A program made the translations under genes and the position numbers. Positions 47,660 through 50,467 of a stretch of DNA of 50,467 bases are shown here, piece by piece; the first letter of the stretch is position 1, and every line of letters starts with the position of its first letter. The stretch is taken from assembly GCA_027297205.1 (NCBI GenBank), contig JAPUIH010000197.1:1-50467 (forward strand), written 5' to 3'. The notes beneath the pieces are model-generated. The model saw only the letters and a program-made list of their open reading frames with translations, was not told the DNA's origin and searched no databases. This stretch comes from SAR324 cluster bacterium. GTDB lineage: Bacteria > SAR324 > JACQKK01.

Positions 47660-49858
47660 TCAAGCCAGATGATTGCCTGCGGGGCTCAACAGCAGAAAGG
47701 TCATCAGGAACCCCAAATGTGGCGCAATGGACTCCGGCGAGCGTGCAAGCCAGGCCTCCGTGCCCGCTTGAAACCATTCGCGGAAGCTGTCGCGGTTTGC
47801 GGCCAGTGCCTGTTCCAGCTGCACTTTGACGACACTGCCTGCGCGCACGGATGCAAGCAACGCTTCACCGTCGCGGGCTCCATAACGCTCCCGCCACTCG
47901 CTGAAGAGTTGCTCAGGTTGCCGCCGTAACATGCCCAGATCGCGGTAGAACATGTCGTACAGGCCGGCCAGACGTGCCACGGATAGAGCCAGTTCGTCTC
48001 TGGCCTGGGGTGGCACTGGCTCATTGAGCTTTTCCAGCAGCCGCGGATACGCCTCGGCACCATCCCACTGGGCCAGTGCCCGCGCCCCGCAAACGATCAC
48101 CAGTGCGTGAAGAGACGCCTGGAACCGCTCCCGGATCATCGGGAGCGACTCCCGGTCCTCCACTTCCACCAGCGCCTGGATGGCCCTCGCGCTCAGGGTT
48201 TCGTCGGCGCTTCCCACCGCTTCCCTCAACACGGACACGGCCCGCTTGACTTGCCAGTGCCCAAGCCAATAGGCCGCTTGTGGGGCCGTAGTGAAAGGGT
48301 TGCCGCGCACATCCTCAAGCAAGGCATCGATCAAAGGCATGTCCGGCTTCACCAGCGCCAGCGCCACCAATGCGCGTTCCCGCACCACATAGCTGGGAGA
48401 TTGCAGCAGGGACTCAAGCTCCTCCCGGTAGATGCCGGAGCCGGAGCGCATAATGAATTCGAGGGAACGGGTTTCCTCATCCTCGCTCTGAATGGCCACG
48501 GCCCGCTTGACGGCATTCACGGCCCGCCAATCCCAGGGAGAAAGCAGAGCATTGAGGGAGTCCCGGATGCCCTCGGAACGCAGACGCGGAATGCGAAAGA
48601 GAATGGCCGTGCGCAGCACCAGCAGCACCAGCATGCCTCCGTAAAACCAGCGGAAGTGCAGCAGCGGGTCGGTGGGAGAGGCCACAACCTGCTCGATCGC
48701 TTCCAGCCCCACGCCGCCCAGATAAAGCGCCAGACCTCCTGCAATACCGCCCACACTCTGGGTGATAATTCCTTGGGGCAGTTGATGTTCCACATCGGTT
48801 ATGCTGAGAAAATAGTGCTGCAGCGAAGCCTGAAAGGCGATATGCACCGCGCCGCTGATGAAAAACAGCGCTCCCAACAATATTGGGGAAATGGAAACGG
48901 GGAGAAACAAGATGCCCAACACGGCGCCTATATCCACAATTCCGGTCAGCACCAGCAAAGGCCGGGAACCGAGCTTGTCCAAAAACATTCCGTAGGCGTA
49001 GGAAGCCGCGATTCCTCCGATTATGCCCGTCAACACGTACAGCACCACCTGCTGGTCACTCAGTCCATAGCCCTGCTTCGCCACCAGTACGATGAACATG
49101 CGCAGGATGCCCTGTGTGATGGGAATCACGGCCATCATCGCAAAGAACCAGCGCCGTCCGCCCGTTCCCACCAGCCAGCCCAGCTCCCGCCGTAACGAGA
49201 AAGGCGCGCCCTGACGAAAGGCGCCACTTTCGGGAAGCTTCCACAGGGAATAGGCCGCGGCCAGCCCGGTCAGCAGCCCCGCCGTAAAAAACAGCTGATA
49301 GCGGTACAGGGACGCCTCCACGCCCAGGAACAAGGCAATCAACACGGTCATCAGCAAACCGCCGCCCTGGAACAACATGAACGAGTTGGCGATGAGCGCT
49401 CCCTTCTCCCGCGGTGTGGTCAATTCCGTAAGAATTCCCATGAAGGAAACCATGCCCACCGCCCTTGCCGTGAAGAATCCTGTTGCTCCCGCCAGCACGA
49501 ACCACAGCCCGGCATTGCCCCCCAGATGCTGCTGGGCCCAGGGCGCGGCGATCATGAACCCGGCGAAAAGGCTGCGCAGGGCCCAGAACAATCCCGCGTT
49601 GCGCGCCAGACCAATTTTCCGCACGGAGCGGTACCCCAGCACCATGAAAGGCAGCGTGGCATAGGCCATGGCGGAAACGGCCCCCACCCAACTTGCCGTG
49701 CCGCCCAGCCGCAACAGCATCAGCAACACTACGGCCTCCGCCAGTGCCGCATAGGACAAGGAATTGAACAGTGCATAGCTGTAGTAGTAGCGCTTGCCGT
49801 GCTTTCGCTGCGCCAAGGTAAGCGGAGCAATCTCAGGACTTGGCTGGAATTCGGTCAA
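47660..49858 (-). CDS. MFS transporter fused to a C-terminal cytoplasmic HEAT-repeat domain
   Basis: The track ORF extends to 50152, but its first ~98 codons are Arg/Cys/His-rich and collide with a divergent gene. I start at in-frame TTG 49858 (LTEFQPSPEIAPLTLAQRKHGKRYYYSYALFNS...); the start is uncertain. About 12 TM segments, then ~290 aa of HEAT-like repeats (VVRERALVALALV..., RAVSVLREAVGS...ARAIQALVEV...). Confidence 0.7.
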   Translation of the reverse strand: MTEFQPSPEIAPLTLAQRKHGKRYYYSYALFNSLSYAALAEAVVLLMLLRLGGTASWVGAVSAMAYATLPFMVLGYRSVRKIGLARNAGLFWALRSLFAGFMIAAPWAQQHLGGNAGLWFVLAGATGFFTARAVGMVSFMGILTELTTPREKGALIANSFMLFQGGGLLMTVLIALFLGVEASLYRYQLFFTAGLLTGLAAAYSLWKLPESGAFRQGAPFSLRRELGWLVGTGGRRWFFAMMAVIPITQGILRMFIVLVAKQGYGLSDQQVVLYVLTGIIGGIAASYAYGMFLDKLGSRPLLVLTGIVDIGAVLGILFLPVSISPILLGALFFISGAVHIAFQASLQHYFLSITDVEHQLPQGIITQSVGGIAGGLALYLGGVGLEAIEQVVASPTDPLLHFRWFYGGMLVLLVLRTAILFRIPRLRSEGIRDSLNALLSPWDWRAVNAVKRAVAIQSEDEETRSLEFIMRSGSGIYREELESLLQSPSYVVRERALVALALVKPDMPLIDALLEDVRGNPFTTAPQAAYWLGHWQVKRAVSVLREAVGSADETLSARAIQALVEVEDRESLPMIRERFQASLHALVIVCGARALAQWDGAEAYPRLLEKLNEPVPPQARDELALSVARLAGLYDMFYRDLGMLRRQPEQLFSEWRERYGARDGEALLASVRAGSVVKVQLEQALAANRDSFREWFQAGTEAWLARSPESIAPHLGFLMTFLLLSPAGNHLA

Positions 49859-50096
49859 GGGAAATTTCCCGTATTGTAGATGATGCCTGCCGGCGCAATG
49901 CCGCGCTGACCGGCGGGGCCAATGATAGCACAGAGACCCGTTCTCGCCGCGCCAATTTCCTGCGCTCCGCGTGGCAGCCGCACCATAGAACGTAGAGGAT
50001 GGTTTCTTGCGTTTCACGGGACATTTCAGTATTTTGCTCGGCATGTATGGCAGAATCCGTAACATCCTCTTCCCTGCTTTAAGGCTGGCCAATTCT

Positions 50097-50467
50097 ATGT
50101 GTCCCTGGGCTGCTCCGCGTCTCTTGCTCCGTTCAATACTGCTCCTGACCACCGCTGTACTGCCGCCGGTGTGGGCCCTGGCCAGCCCTGAATTCCCTTC
50201 GGATGCGCAGCACAGGGGAATAATTGCCGTTGGTCCGTATCAGATTTTTCCCGAGAACCGGCCCGGCAATGCGGTTTATTTGAACAATCGGATGGTGGTC
50301 TCGCTCAAGGAACAGACCATCATCAGCATCAAGCCACTTCCCGTGGAGGGCCGATTCGTCTACCTGTCCCGGAACGTATTCGGCAATTTGAATTTGGGAA
50401 TTTATCTTCCGGCCACGGATCCCGTCCCGCGCGTACGTAAAATTGCGGAGGGAGTCTTTTACACGGT
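50097..50467 (+). CDS. Exported hypothetical protein, 5' part only (runs off the window end)
   Basis: Manual translation: MCPWAAPRLLLRSILLLTTAVLPPVWALA/SPEFPSDAQHRGIIAVGPYQIFPENRPGNAVYLNNRMVVSLKEQ... This is a signal peptide with an AxA site and no stop before the window end. In-frame ATG 50043 is an alternative start. Confidence 0.45.
   Translation, partial: MCPWAAPRLLLRSILLLTTAVLPPVWALASPEFPSDAQHRGIIAVGPYQIFPENRPGNAVYLNNRMVVSLKEQTIISIKPLPVEGRFVYLSRNVFGNLNLGIYLPATDPVPRVRKIAEGVFYT

Overview
This window looks like an ordinary chromosomal segment of a diderm, aerobic bacterium, with GC in the high 50s % judged from hand-counted lines. A delta-proteobacterial or Nitrospinota-like lineage is only a guess. 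I call 44 protein-coding genes. I found no rRNA, tRNA, CRISPR array, transposase, integrase or prophage gene.

Most of the content is conserved housekeeping:
- A-type cytochrome c oxidase subunits I and II at the left edge.
- The rpsB-tsf-pyrH-frr block, followed by an MraY homologue.
- secA, a class A PBP, and pyrG.
- An lptA-like/lptB/rpoN/ptsN cluster followed by EIIA-Man and pspA.
- rsmD, polA, lpxH, hisE and an OYE flavin reductase.

Several track ORFs carry 5' extensions, which I trimmed: secA, the ArsB/NhaD-type transporter, rpoN, rsmD and the MFS gene. Two genes that run off the window edges are missing from the track and were added by manual translation.

The least ordinary stretch is about 35.1-44.8 kb. 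It holds:
- an orphan ParB/Noc-like protein;
- an orphan XdhC;
- a J-domain protein;
- a DEDD exonuclease overlapping tail-to-tail with a GC-poor, eukaryote-type class I cyclic-nucleotide phosphodiesterase;
- a 421-aa helical orphan;
- an EF-G paralogue whose GTPase switch motifs are degenerate, including loss of the catalytic His.

Other second-look items:
- unusual domain architectures: diheme CoxB, S2 with a repeat tail, an LptC/LptA-like double OstA protein, an RDD-Coa1-like fusion, an MFS-HEAT fusion and an SNase-OB protein;
- two long hairpin-rich spacers, secA/rpsB and PBP1A/PilZ.

I cannot demonstrate a coherent novel multi-gene system from sequence alone. The PDE/exonuclease pair and the EF-G paralogue are the best leads. 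All family calls rest on motifs read by eye and need HMM or BLAST confirmation.
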